A stretch of 64,000 nucleotides of DNA from NCBI GenBank assembly GCA_000165425.1, contig CT868654.1:248001-312000 (forward strand), read 5' to 3'. Both the position numbers and the translations under genes were made by a program. The first letter of the stretch is position 1; each line of letters opens with the position of its first letter. The notes beneath the pieces were generated by a model. It was not told the DNA's origin, searched no databases, and worked only from the letters and a program-made list of their open reading frames with translations. This DNA comes from Paramecium tetraurelia (lineage: Eukaryota). Below, piece after piece: positions 26,179 through 40,262 of this stretch.

Positions 26179-27409
26179 ATGTATAATAATCATTTTGAAC
26201 TGGTTGGTGATGACCTATTCGTTAATTTTTTGATGGATTAACCTCAGTACTCTTTACATTTTATATCAAGAAACAATTTTCCTCGTGTTAATAGTGATTC
26301 CAATATCCATTATCCAATATTGGATTATGAGGGTCCACCATAATAGGAATTCCTAGGAGCCAATTAACATCAACCATAGGATCTGAGTAAGAAACAATAG
26401 AAAAAAAAGAAGATCGATGAAACAATGCTCAATAACAAAAACAACCTTAAGAATACTTATATAAATAAGATCACCAATTTAATTTAAGAGACAAAATCGA
26501 ACGTGGCTCCCAAATATGAAAGGAAGGCATCTATTTACACAGAAGATTCAGCTTAAGCCAAACTCATTCGCAATAGAGAGTGTGCTAGAAATTCAAGAAA
26601 AAGAAAGAAGATCTACATCGAATTATTAGAGACTAGAGTTAACTCTTTAAACGAAGAACTCGAGAAATGTAAGAGAATAATAAAAGGACAAGCCAGTTGT
26701 TAATAGCAATTGGGTTCAAATCAATAGGTACAAATCATTAAATACCTAAGTTATAAAACTTTTTTTTGGGTAGGTAACAATTGTTTGAGAAGCTTGAAAA
26801 TGCCATTAAAAACCATACAGATAACAATGAAATTAATCTTCTCTTAGATTCGATGCGATTTAGAGTGGGGGGAGGAGGCAAAGAAAGAGTGAGTGCTTCC
26901 AACTATTTCTTTTAATAAATTATGGAAATCTGTTTCCCTATTCATGTAAGATACATGTTGTGGGCAGCCAGTTCTGAGAGCCAAGAACCCGCTTGGTTTA
27001 CTAATTTATCTAAAGAAATCAATCTCACTGAAGTCTAAAACAAATCCTTAAAAAAACAATATAAAAGAATTCAATCAGACAAAGACAAACTGGAATAGTA
27101 TTTCAATATATTTATCATATAGATTAATCAAATAATTCTAAACTGTTAAAGATAATTTGTAATCAAAAACTCACCAACTTGAGAATTTCATAGATGAACT
27201 CAGGGGCATTCTTACTCCCACTCAAATTGCTACTTTTCTCATTGGTCTTGAAAAAGTATGGCATTTTCATCTAATTATCATAGAACAAATTCTAAAAAGA
27301 AATGAGTATATCTAATCTCTGGAAAATTTTTGATGAAGAGTTCGAAACTGAAGTCAAAGAAGAAGATTCACCTCAATAGGAAACTTAATAAAAAAAAATA
27401 CATCTATGA
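26179..27409 (+). CDS. bZIP transcription factor
   Basis: KLIRNRECARNSRKRKKIYIELLETRVNSLNEEL basic region plus leucine zipper. Confidence 0.9.
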
Positions 27410-27451
27410 TCTAATCCTAACTTAAATCATTTTATACATTTATTATTTATT

Positions 27452-27962
27452 ATGTCAACTGTTTTACCTATTTTAATACCAAAGAGCAAGAACATTCTAT
27501 TACTAAAAGATGATATTGGAAAACCTAAGCCAAGCACTCGAAATCTTCCAGATGATAGCTTTAGATATGGGAAATCAAGTAAGAGAGATCCTATTTAAAT
27601 TTAATTTTCTACTTTAGAATGCGGAAATGAAATCTCATCGTTCATGCGAAGAAATCATAGGGCCTAGAATTCAGACATTAACTTAATGACCCATGGGATC
27701 AGATATAAGTATTAATTAACATAACTTAATCATTAGACCCTAAACTCCATTAGATAAAGTCTTAAAACAATAATATGCCTCTGAGGCAAAAGAGCATTTA
27801 GACAAGATCTATCAACAGAGAATGAAAACAGAACCCAAGACCCAATCTTTTAATAAAAATAGGTCATTTTCATTAAGATAACAACATAATACAAAAAAAG
27901 AATAGAAAAAGATGTTTAAGCTTTAGTAGTTTTAGGATATAAAATCTAAAATATTTCAATGA
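27452..27962 (+). CDS. CFAP77/DUF4483-like ciliary protein (short, 160 aa)
   Basis: NILLLKDDIGKPKPSTRNLPDDSFRYG; KPQTPLDKVLKQQY; KMFKLQQFQDIKSK; one 28-nt intron (27709-27736). Confidence 0.65.
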
Positions 27963-28459
27963 ACCCATAATTTGTGCTCAATTATTAATAGTATTTTATG
28001 CTCAATTTTTAAGTCACCCAAAGATGTACATTTAAACAAAAATCTCTAGTCTATATTGTTTGTTTTTTCCTTATCATCTTTCCAATTAAATTGCCATTAT
28101 AATGTTAGAAGCAAACTAAAAAAAATCTAAAAAATGGTTTCTCTTTTTTCAACTTTTAAGATTTTCCAAATTTTTGTTTTACTTTGAAATTCATCTGATG
28201 TCAGCCATATATGACTTCATCACCAAAATAACATCATTTCTGTAGACTTAGTAACTACTGAAAAGAAGTTTAATTAAAATGACTCTAAAGCTATAAAAGA
28301 GTGAATAATTCCTACTTGGAGTAAACTTATAAGATATTGAGTAAATAGAAACCATTCTATTCTATTTTCTAGTTTCACAAGTAGATATGATAGTATTTAT
28401 TAAGATTTTTTAATATATATTTAAGATATTTTAAAAAGGCAAAAATAATATTCTAAATT

Positions 28460-28515
28460 GCGTAAATTTTATGCTTAAGGATGTGAATTATGCGTATAGT
28501 ATGTAAATTATGCGT
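28460..28515. repeat. imperfect tandem repeat, about 20-nt period, core ATGTRAATTATGCGT
   Basis: atgtgaattatgcgt at 28481 and atgtaaattatgcgt at 28501, plus degenerate gcgtaaattttatgctt at 28460. Confidence 0.6.
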
Positions 28516-28815
28516 TATTCTCAAATATTTTATATTACAGAGGGGCAATCTTGTTGGAAATCGAGGAGTAATTCTAAGGTTGTTGGGTCTTTGATTTTAG
28601 ATTGTCAAAATATAGAAGTTGTGATTACAATGTTTTGGATAAAGAATATAATAAAATTTAATTGAATTCCATTTGTTGATAGATATTTTGATCTTCATAA
28701 TTTCTAAATGATTTAATAAACAATAAGAGTATATGTAAAGTACGAATGATTAAGTCTTTTGTGTTCCTGGCTTCTTGAAATGAAAATAATAAATGATATT
28801 ATATCATTAATTTTA

Positions 28816-30132
28816 ATGTAGCCATAGAATTGTAATAAGGCAGTCATCCAAAACCTTTAAGATATGATCATCAATCAGGCTGACATGAGCATATTCTTGA
28901 GACAAAGTCAAAAGCTGAGAGTGTTGCTTACAATACCACCAAAGCAAAGAACGGATGATCACATTAGAGAAATTAGTGTTTTAGTGCAGGTTTGTAAAAA
29001 AACCACATTTAATTTCCACTTAGGGAGTCAAATTTTTATCTCGATATCGTGAGAAGCCTTATTACAATGAATTGTGTCGTAATTTATATGTAAAGACATT
29101 CCAATAAAAAAAAACAATTTTCAAGTAAGGAGATAAAGGAACGTGTTTCTATGTTATTTTGAGTGGGATAGTGAAAATATATGCTAATGAGCCTACTTGT
29201 TTTCCTGGAGAATTCAAAAAGAGAGAAGTAGCTATATTGGGGAAGGGCAATTGTTTTGGGGAAATAGCGTTGTTTTTTGGGTCTTAGAGAACTGCAACGG
29301 TGATAGCAGAATCAGAATGTGATCTATTAATGTTGGATAGAGATGTGTTTTAAAAATATATATAAGAAGATTTGGATGTTTTCGATTTGTAATCAACTAA
29401 TCTGAAGGATGTTAGACATTTCCTTAAAAAAGTTTAACAATTCTCATTTTTTAGTTCTGAGGAAATTACTTAGATAAGTACAAAATGTCGTAAATCAACT
29501 CTTAAATAATAAACCATTATTTTAAAATAAGGTGTTGTACCTAAATCATTATACATAATTAAAAGTGGGAGAGTGCGTGTAATGAAGAAGATCGAGGTTG
29601 GCACTCAGTATTATGAATTAGATGAATTGGAACAGGGGTCTGTTTTTGGAGATCATGCTTGTCTGACCAATAGTGCATCTGAGTACACTTATATCACTTC
29701 GCTGCCAAGTGAATTAATTCATCTTAACGGTTTCGATTTAAAACAATATGTTTCATAAGAGAGTTTAAATAAGTATGTCGAGTCTGTTCGTTTCTATCCA
29801 GAGCCAGAAACTCTGTGTCAAATGCAAGCAGAAGATCTGTAGTGGAAGGAGTACAAGAAGTAGTTAGTTCAAAACGTGTTGAATGATAAGATGAACAGCA
29901 GAGGATTTGATAAGAGGATGCGGTTACCTGAATTACGTTATAAATTGGTGGATGCTCCTGATCAGTAGATTTTCCAGAGGACTTTGTAAGAGTTAATGAT
30001 TTATGTTGTAGTGTATTGAGACAGAGTTGCAGAACTCCTTAGCATAAACAGTTGTTCCCGAGGGAAATTGAATCTTTAAGGAATCAGATTTCTCCTAAGA
30101 GGATGAAATAATTTGAATAAAATTACTTATGA
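28816..30132 (+). CDS. protein with two cyclic-nucleotide-binding domains (tandem copy 1)
   Basis: IFKQGDKGTCFYVILSG, GNCFGEIALFFGSQRTATVIA; second degenerate CNB GSVFGDHACL; two introns. Confidence 0.85.
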
Positions 30133-31499
30133 ATTATAATAATATACGAAGTTTTGGGAGTAAACGTCGAGAGTCGATGGCTTCAGTGAGTAAGGAGCAA
30201 ATAAAAATTCAGGAAGAGGAGGCGACTAATGTTTAGTTATTCATACTGCAGACAGAAAAGTTAAAGAAATTATTGCAGATTCAAAAGGCTGATAGAGATA
30301 CTAACATTCTGGCAGAGATTGCATCGATAGCAAAAGTACCATTTACAACGAATCCTAGCAAATAGGTTTCTTGAGTAAATATAAGGATAGACCTTACTTC
30401 ACTGCTTTGTGCAAACACCTTTACATGCAGACATTCGAACCTAATTCATGCATTTTCAAATAGGGAGATGAGGGTGATAAGTTTTATGTGATTCTGAATG
30501 GAAGTGTTAGGGTGTTGATCGATCAAGCCACCACGTTGAAGGACGTGATGATCAAGAAAGAGGTGGCCTAATTGAAGAAGGGGGAGTTCTTTGGAGAGAT
30601 GGCATTGTAGTTTAATTTAAAAAGAACTGCCACCATCATTACCAATGAGATCACTGATTTGATCATCCTAGAGAATGAGGCATTCTAATAATTCATGTTG
30701 GCTGATCATATGCAGACGGAGAGAGTGAAAGAGACAATTAAGTTTTTGGAATAACTCGACATCTTCTAAGGATTCAGCAATAAGATTATGGTAAGTCTAA
30801 GCACCAAATGCATACAGAATAGACACAAGCATCAGACAATATTATTGAAGGCAGGCACGGTTCCAAATAAACTGTTCATTATTAAATCGGGATGTGTTAC
30901 AGTGATTTAAAAGTTACCAGGAGTCAGATCTGATTACACTCCATAAGCAGAATACGGATTCCCCTTGAATGAGTACTTCGAATTAACTGAATTGGGAGAA
31001 GGGGAGATCTTTGGAGACTTGGCTATGTTGAAACAAGAGAAGTCCAAATATACTTACATGACTGCGATTCAATCTGAGATAATCACTCTCAGTCTATTTG
31101 ACATCAAATAAATTGTGCCTCCAGAATTATTAGATCAATACCTAGTTAAATTACAGACATATCCAGAACAGTCGGAATTGAAGGAAATGATCATTGAGAA
31201 GGGCAGATGGGAAAAATACAAGAAACAGCTCTTTAATAAAATACAGAAGGAGAAACAATCGAGGAAGGGATTCAATGAAGGCTTACGATTGCCCACCTTG
31301 AATGATTCCTATATTCAACCACCCAACAGACACAATATTAAGGCCTTGTATACATTTCATCTTATCAATTAGTGTCATCAATGACAAACGACAAAGACTC
31401 ACTCCAGTGGAGAAAAGATTATTCGTTAACGAATTGAATTACATTCGCTAATCTGTTTCTAATGAGAGACTCAAAAAGTTCTTACATAGTTACTAGTGA
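30129..31499 (+). CDS. protein with two cyclic-nucleotide-binding domains (tandem copy 2); start at 30129 (overlapping the upstream stop) or 30177
   Basis: IFKQGDEGDKFYVILNG, GEFFGEMALQFNLKRTATII; second CNB GEIFGDLAML; TGA 31497-31499. Confidence 0.85.
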
Positions 31500-31605
31500 T
31501 TTTCTAGAATAATAATTTTAGCAACAAATATTATATACAATTTTGAAGCCAAAAAAAGCATAAACCAATTATTTATTTTACATTAATAAAAATCACTTGA
31601 AATAA

Positions 31606-32151
31606 ATGTCTAAGGAAGTTAGCGAATTGGTTATCACAAGATTAAAAGCAGAACGCAGAGCCTGGCGCACTGATCATCCTCATGGATTTGTTGCCAAGCC
31701 TACCACCAAAGAAGACGGAACAGTTGATTTACTCAAATGGGTATGTGAAATACCAGGACCACAAGGAGTATAATCCCCTTTACAATTAGTGTCCTTGGGA
31801 AGAGGGTACCTACACATTACATATGGATTTTTCGCATGATTACCCTATGAAACCACCTAAATGTTAATTCAAACCTGTCTTACCACATCCAAATGTCTAC
31901 CCTTCTGGAACTGTCTGTCTATCCATTCTCAACGAAGAAGAAGACTGGAAATCTAGTATCACTGTCAAACAAATCTTACTTGGCATTCAGAAGCTACTCA
32001 AAGACGAACCCAACATTGAGAGTCCTGCTCAATATGAACCATGCAATCAATACAAGTAATTCTACTTCATTTCATCCCTAGAAACAACCGCCAAGAATAC
32101 TTAAAGAAAGCACGTGAATTCGCTGCCTCACTTAAGAAGCAACCCTAATGA
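31606..32151 (+). CDS. UBC9: SUMO-conjugating enzyme Ubc9
   Basis: [59 protein letters not shown]; two introns. Confidence 0.95.
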
Positions 32152-32211
32152 TCATATAATCAGTCATTATCTGTATCAATATATAGTGTTAATTGCACAG
32201 ACACAATTTAA

Positions 32212-32640
32212 TCATTATACTCTAAAGTTCCTTACTCTTTTACACAGTTCTATTTCACTCTTCACTAATCCATTCCTACTTACATTATATAAATAAGATT
32301 CATCATATATTTAGAACTAGAATTTAGAACACTCCCTAAATGAATTAATCATCCCAATCTCCTTAGAATTCAACTCTATATCATAATATATTCCTAACTA
32401 TACTAACATCTTTTATTACCATATAATATATCAAATCAAGTTTTAGATCATTCTCTGGTGAGTCAGGAATATTTTGGAATATTATTTTGAGTTTCAAATA
32501 TTTATAACAATCTTGTTTGATCTTACTTCATTATTAATTTATGCCCTTACATTCACAAATTTATAATCTAATAATTTGAAATAACTCATTTAATAATTCT
32601 TAACAATACCTCTCAAATCTCTTCAGTATTGCTAATTAAA
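32212..32640 (-). pseudogene. possible disrupted gene fragment
   Basis: Protein-like frame with a 22-nt intron ends at TGA 32212, but has an in-frame TGA near 32529 and no clear ATG. Confidence 0.3.
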
Positions 32641-32697
32641 TGAATCAAATATAATCTACTTAGAAATTATGGTTATTATCAGCAGACACTACAAATT

Positions 32698-33087
32698 ATG
32701 CTAAAAGTGCTGTCTCACCATATTATAGATTAGCTATATAGAAAAACTAAGATAACATAAGAGTCAAATATTTTGAGACTGTAAAATCTTTCAAAGTTGA
32801 AGAATGTTTTTTCGAAAGAAAAGATTGAAGAAGTTCTTAATTCGATTAATTATGTTTACTTATAATTCAAATTAAAATTAGCTTAAGAATTTAGAACTCC
32901 TAATCTGATGGAGAAATAAATATTCAACTTCAATAGATTGTAATTTGATTTCTCAAATTTTTATTTGATTTCCAACTCTAGATTGGGTTTCCATATACTC
33001 TTATTCAAATGTAAGAATCAAAAATAGAGGGAAAATGTATTATCTAATAACTTACTTATATACAGAAAAGATGAATTCAATTTTTGA
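32698..33087 (+). CDS. hypothetical protein (129 aa)
   Basis: TGA-free code-6 ORF MLKVLSHHIIDQLYRK...KDEFNF*; no recognisable motif. Confidence 0.35.
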
Positions 33088-33379
33088 TTAAGAATAAATT
33101 TGACAATTGTGTCAATATAATTTTACATTAGATCTCAAATTTCTAATTAATCAATCAATTAGGATAATGTGAATCCAATTAGTCGATTAAGTATAATTGA
33201 TTATTGCTAAAAGAGCGATTCAATAGAAATTATTGAATTATTTCTTTGAGGGGGTTCTTACTTATTATAATTATGATTTAATTTATTAAAATATATTTTT
33301 AATATATTAAAATATCAATCTTTAATACCAGCTAGAAGTTGTAAAATGTAATTTAGTAATTTAAATAAAGTCTAAAACA

Positions 33380-34400
33380 ATGAATTCCAATGTCAACTTT
33401 GAGTGTTTCTTCAACAACTAGTCTGCGTATTTGACATGCGATCAAAATTGTTTGGAAGTGAAAACAAAAACTGAAAATCTTAGGTTTTTCATCTCACTGA
33501 AGCTTCATTTCTAATGGATTTATTTTGAAGGTTAAACCCATGAAGTTCGATTTTAAAATTGTTCTTTGGTGGGTTCTGCTGAAAATTTAGAAAATTTGAA
33601 ATCCATTTTGGATTGTAAAGTTATGTATTTGGGTGCAGCAGAAATGTACGAATAATATGCTGTGATTAAAGAAGATGAATAAAGAAAAGTAATCATTATC
33701 TTTAATACATATAATAGGCTATGATAGTGAAATCGATGCTGAATGGATAGAAGTATTTTTGTAAAGTATATAAAAAAGAGGTTAAAGAAAATGAGAAAAA
33801 ATTTTTAAATGAAGTAATGATCTTGAGAAAGTTGAAAGATAACAAAAACGTAGTCAAGATATTGGAAGTGTATGAATCATAACATAATTATTACATGGTG
33901 ATGGAATATTTGAAACATAAACTGGAGTAATATTATACTCATGAAGAAAATTAAATTATAATAAAAGTATTTATAACATAAAGCATTTCAAGGAAATATT
34001 AAATATTTTAGACGATTTGAACAATAAATTGATAGTTCATGGTCAAATCAGCCCAAAAAGTTTCATGTTTGATAAGGGGAATGTGGTCAAATTAATTAAA
34101 TTTAGTGAGGCTAAAATACTAGATTAAGTGGAGGGATTGGATATGTTCGATCTACATAAAGTAGTTCTGTATTTAAATGGTCTGAGTCCAAATACAGTGG
34201 ATTTTGCAAATGGGATTTATCCAGAAATTGCATCCCATGGTACTAACTTTCTGAAAAGTCTTTTGAATAACACTTAATACAGGATTAATATCAAACAGGC
34301 TCTTAGTCATCCTTTTTTGTAATGTGTTGAGAAGGATCATCAGATTGCAAGAGCAGAAATGAATTTGAAGTTCAAACATAGTTTTAATAATTTTTAATGA
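33380..34400 (+). CDS. CAMK-like pseudokinase with PH-like N-terminal region
   Basis: VFCKV, FLNEVMILRKL, NVVKILEVYES, YMVMEY, RINIKQALSHPF; HRD replaced by HGQ and DFG by KFS. Confidence 0.75.
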
Positions 34401-34428
34401 GTTGTTTTTTATTTATAATTAATTAAGG

Positions 34429-34749
34429 ATGTATAAGAGAATAACAGCAAATCTGCGTAGTAAAGAGGAAGACGAAGACTTTTTTGAATGGAATCAGATG
34501 TACGTGCAATAAGAGATGGAAAGTGATGTTGAATGCTACAGCTGTTCACTCTGTGATAGACAATTTGGTAAAAATGAATATGAGTTGAATGCTCATTTAA
34601 ATTCCCATGACCATAAGAAATTAGAGAAAGAGTTTAGAAAACGCTACAATAATTTGATTATTGAATATAGACTGAGCGCATATTCATAAAGAATAGGGAG
34701 AAAATTGAAAAAACTATAGTACTTTAAGAGCATTTATGAATACAAATGA
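34429..34749 (+). CDS. small C2H2/UBZ-type zinc finger protein (106 aa)
   Basis: Intronless ORF; CSLCDRQFGKNEYELNAHLNSH. Confidence 0.75.
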
Positions 34750-34760
34750 TTAATTAAAAT

Positions 34761-36358
<1,598 letters not shown>

Positions 36359-36563
36359 ATGGTTTTTATCTTCTATAAACAAACAATAAACAATTAATAT
36401 ATATATTTTGTTTATTTAAATTACACAATTATAATCTCTTTAATTTCCAATTTGAGGGTTTTTTACTCAAATTTTGAGATCAAATTATATAGATAACACA
36501 TTGATGTAATATTCTTAATTTTAATAATTATGAATAAAAAAGAAATTACTTTGAATATTATCA

Positions 36564-37768
36564 TCAAACCAATGTCTATTATTTAACTTTGGAACCCAAG
36601 GTTGATGCATAGTCAGCATATTTTTTAGCATTTCCAATTACTCTCCTCATTCCCATTACTCTAGTGGGTAACACCAACAACAAAACATATGGTACAATAT
36701 CATACCATACTGATTCAGCTCCTAATTTCATATTTAAAATTGATATTACTTAACATGGGCTTTTTGGCAGATATATTAGGATCGAACCATTTGAATTCAT
36801 ATCTGACAAATTCGCATCTTCCATAAACCATATAATTGAACAAATTTATTATCTTGCTTCCTATTAATTTATAGTGATCCATTTATATAAATCTTTTTCT
36901 TTAATCAATATAAGGAACTGAAAGCAATTCCTCTATCTTATAGTATGAATTCAAATAAGGAACGTATTCCTTATAGACTGGAAACTCCAAAACCAATCGT
37001 TTACTTTGTCTAATCAAATTCTAAACGCATGCTCTTGTTTCTCTTTGCAATCCTGTGTATCCCTCATTTTTTATTAATTTAACAAATCGCTGTATTCTAT
37101 CGATGAAGAGGAGCAATTGGAAGTTCTTTACAAAGAATTCTTACATTATCTTATTGGCACTCTCATCTTTCGATTCTGTCCAATGTATGTATGGGTTATG
37201 GATATTAAATTTATTGCCCATGAGGATCCAATCTCTTGGTTTGTATTCCTCCACATAATGTTTGTCTTTGTAATCCTGTTGGAGGATGTCCTTGTACTTT
37301 TGAAATAGCTCGTTTTGCTTTTACAGATCTATGCTATTGATGAGGATTACTTTTTTCTTTGGATAGAGCTGCAGTGAAATACTCAGAGGGATCTATTATC
37401 TTGTCATCCACATATTGAAAGAGGCATAATTTTTCTAAGAATACTTCAACACTGTACAAGTACATCAGGGAAAAGATGATGCTTGTTGGTCTTCTTCGAA
37501 CACAATTCAAACCAAATTTGAATAGCAATGGATACCATTTATATGCCCAAGTTTGATTATATACATAGTTGTAGTAATCCATCTCTGTGTAGATGATCAT
37601 TTTATTGAATCGAGTAACATTATTCTCATCCACTTTAAACAACTATCTAAATTCATTGTAAGTTAATAATAGGTAAGGCTTGTAGGTAGGATTGTTAAAA
37701 AGTATTCTTCTGTTCTCAGGAGATTCCTATACTTTTTTTGAGTTCAATAATTCAATTACTCGATCCAT
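36564..37768 (-). CDS. hypothetical protein
   Basis: ATG 37768 (MDRVIELLNSKK); open after removing 22-nt and 28-nt introns; TGA at 36564. Confidence 0.7.
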
Positions 37769-37830
37769 TAAGAAAATTAATTAAGGTTTTTAATCAGATT
37801 TAGAAATATATCTATACATATAAATATATA

Positions 37831-38226
37831 TCAATAAGTTGTTTAAAACGTTATCATTACTTGATTTGATTCAATATGGTTCCAATTTTCAAGTATTTCG
37901 TTAAGCAATTCATAAATAAATTCTTTATCTAATTCTTTGAGAGTATAAATTTATTGAAATTTAGCTATTCTTCTTATTTTATTTTAATTCTTAATCTTAT
38001 TGCTAATTATCATCAAAGGAAATTTAATAATTTAGAAGTGTCCATCAAGATATTGTTAGACTCCAAGTTTGGTCTACTAAATTCGAACTTTGAATAATTT
38101 TTAGAGTGGAATCAAACTTAAAATATATATCAACAGACTGGGATCTATAAGTTCGATGTTTTAAAGTGTAATGAGATTAAATTGTTCTGTAATTTGAATA
38201 CCTTGCAAATAATTTGTTTAATTCAT
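37831..38226 (-). CDS. hypothetical 131-aa protein whose ATG overlaps the Ars2 stop codon (ATGA)
   Basis: 396-nt code-6 ORF MNQTNYLQGIQITEQFNLITLQNIELIDPSLLIYILSLIP...WNHIESNQVMITFQTTY* filling the gap between two genes. Confidence 0.55.
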
Positions 38227-40019
38227 ATATCATTATAATTCACTTTTGTTTCACGCATTTAAAACATAATAGCTGGCTAGGTTTTATCTTATGCTATTGA
38301 ATCAAGATCTTTGTACTGTCTCTATTGAACTCTGGGAGCAAAGTTGATTGGCAATTGGATTCTAGAATGAAATGTTAATATACTTATTTTCTTATAATTA
38401 TGCTTCATCGATGAGTCCTTTGACAAAGATCTGTCTCTGGATGGTGGCCTTGCTGCTTCTCTCTATTTTGTGATTATTAGCCATTTATTGATCAATAACT
38501 TATTGACTTAAGGATTGCTAATGTTCCCAATACTATTTCTCATGCTTAAGAGAAATGTGTTTGATCAAGAAGGTTCCTCCTTGGAATTGCTTTTCACAGA
38601 ATATACAAGGATAAGCATCTTTCTAGCGATTATTTCTTAGTTTCAGTCCCATTTAAATGATTTCATTGTCAATCAATTCAGTTAAGGGTAATTCATCACT
38701 ACTCTCTTCTCTACGACGATTGCATAGAGCCTGAATGATGTCCTACCACTCTAAATTGCACTTCTTTTTTTAGTCCAATCTGAAGAAATGCTAAATTTAT
38801 TAATGAGTCCACTTACATAGCCAACTTTAGACACAAGTAATCTGTAGTCTGAGAATTCAGCTCCACTCCAATAGCAATAGTTGTGTATTCTTCTCAAATA
38901 CAAGGTCTGAATATCCAATTGTCTATTGAATGTTGGGTCATCTCTATCTTTGAGTGGTCCTTCGATGAGTGGATTACCACTGATTCCCTTTTCTTTATCC
39001 AAGACTTTGATGAGTTCTCTCTATTGTTGCAAGTCCTTCAATAATTTATTATATTCGACTGACTTGAAGACTCTCACGAATTTCCTAATAAAATTTAATG
39101 AATGAGACAGTACCTCTTCTCTTATTGTTTTTGGAATTGGAGTGAATGTCCCTTGATGGTGATGCTCTCATCATTCACACAACGATTACAATACTCTTCT
39201 CCATCAAAGCTGACCCACCCAATTCTAGTGTAATTTTATAGCTTGTTTGGTTCTGATAGGGTTAGACTCACATAGCCAGGCAATGAAGAGAGTGCCTTGA
39301 CCACATCTGCTCTGGAGAGAGGCAAGGGCACGTTCTTGATGAACACACTGTTTTGGTTGGGATCTGAACCAAAAAAGGGAGCTTTGGTTATGTCAATAGA
39401 TTCTAATAATATTTTGGCTTGGGCTTACCTTTGAGTTAAAATTCCCAGAAAGGAACATCTGGATCATCATTATAGAAGTGATCGTTGAGTTCAAAGAAGT
39501 CCATCAATTGCATTTCTGTCATTGTGAGATTTATGTTGTTGAAACCTCCCATATTGTATTGCTTCAAAAATTCATTGAAGCGATTCTATGCCAATTGATT
39601 GCGTTCTTCTTAGAACTCTCTCCTATTTACCGGATTGTATTTGTCTTAGATCCAAGGCTCGTCCTTGTGTTGATCAAAGAACAACTCTTTCTGTTTGTTT
39701 TCCCATTTCCTCTCGTAGGTCTAATAAAGAAGTCGTAATTTCTCAGTGGGGATATCATTGCTCACCTAATTTATCAGTCATATGCAAATCATACATATAA
39801 TTCCTAGAATTAATCGAAGCTGAGCAATGATTAATCCAGAGGAGGGAAGTCTATGGTGTGTTTGACTCGTTTCGTTGGCTTCTTCTTATTTCTAAAATTT
39901 CTTTTTTTTGAATTACTTCTACTTCGGTCCTTACTCAGATTCGAGACCGACGATGATGCCGATGAAAAGCTATGATAATCACGTGTGTCTTACCTTCTAG
40001 AGGATGCTCGCTCGTCCAT
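38223..40019 (-). CDS. SRRT: Ars2/SERRATE RNA effector homolog
   Basis: S/R-rich N-terminus; FFDQHKDEPWIQDKYNP; RRM-like segment; LDIQTLYLRRIHNYCYW; C2H2 CIFCEKQFQGGTFLIKHISLKH; YKDLD; ends VNYNDI*. Confidence 0.85.
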
Positions 40020-40103
40020 TAATTAAAATAATGACTTCGATAAAAATATAAACATACATAATACAAATATTGCAGGGAAGAAATATACATATAAATTATT
40101 ATC

Positions 40104-40262
40104 TCACTTCTTACTTTTGTACGACAGAAGATACTCGCCCAAAAATCTAACTGCATTTTATGGCCTTCACATATTGATCTAATATCCATACTTTTAAATT
40201 GCAATCTCCCTCAATCCACTCTGTAACGCCTATTTGAATTCCATCTGATAGTATTCGTTCAT
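40104..40262 (-). CDS. Dpy-30-motif micro-protein (43 aa)
   Basis: MNEYYQMEFKQALQSGLREIAIQKPQNAVRFLGEYLLSYKSKK* after removing a 27-nt GT..AG intron containing an in-frame TGA. Confidence 0.7.
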
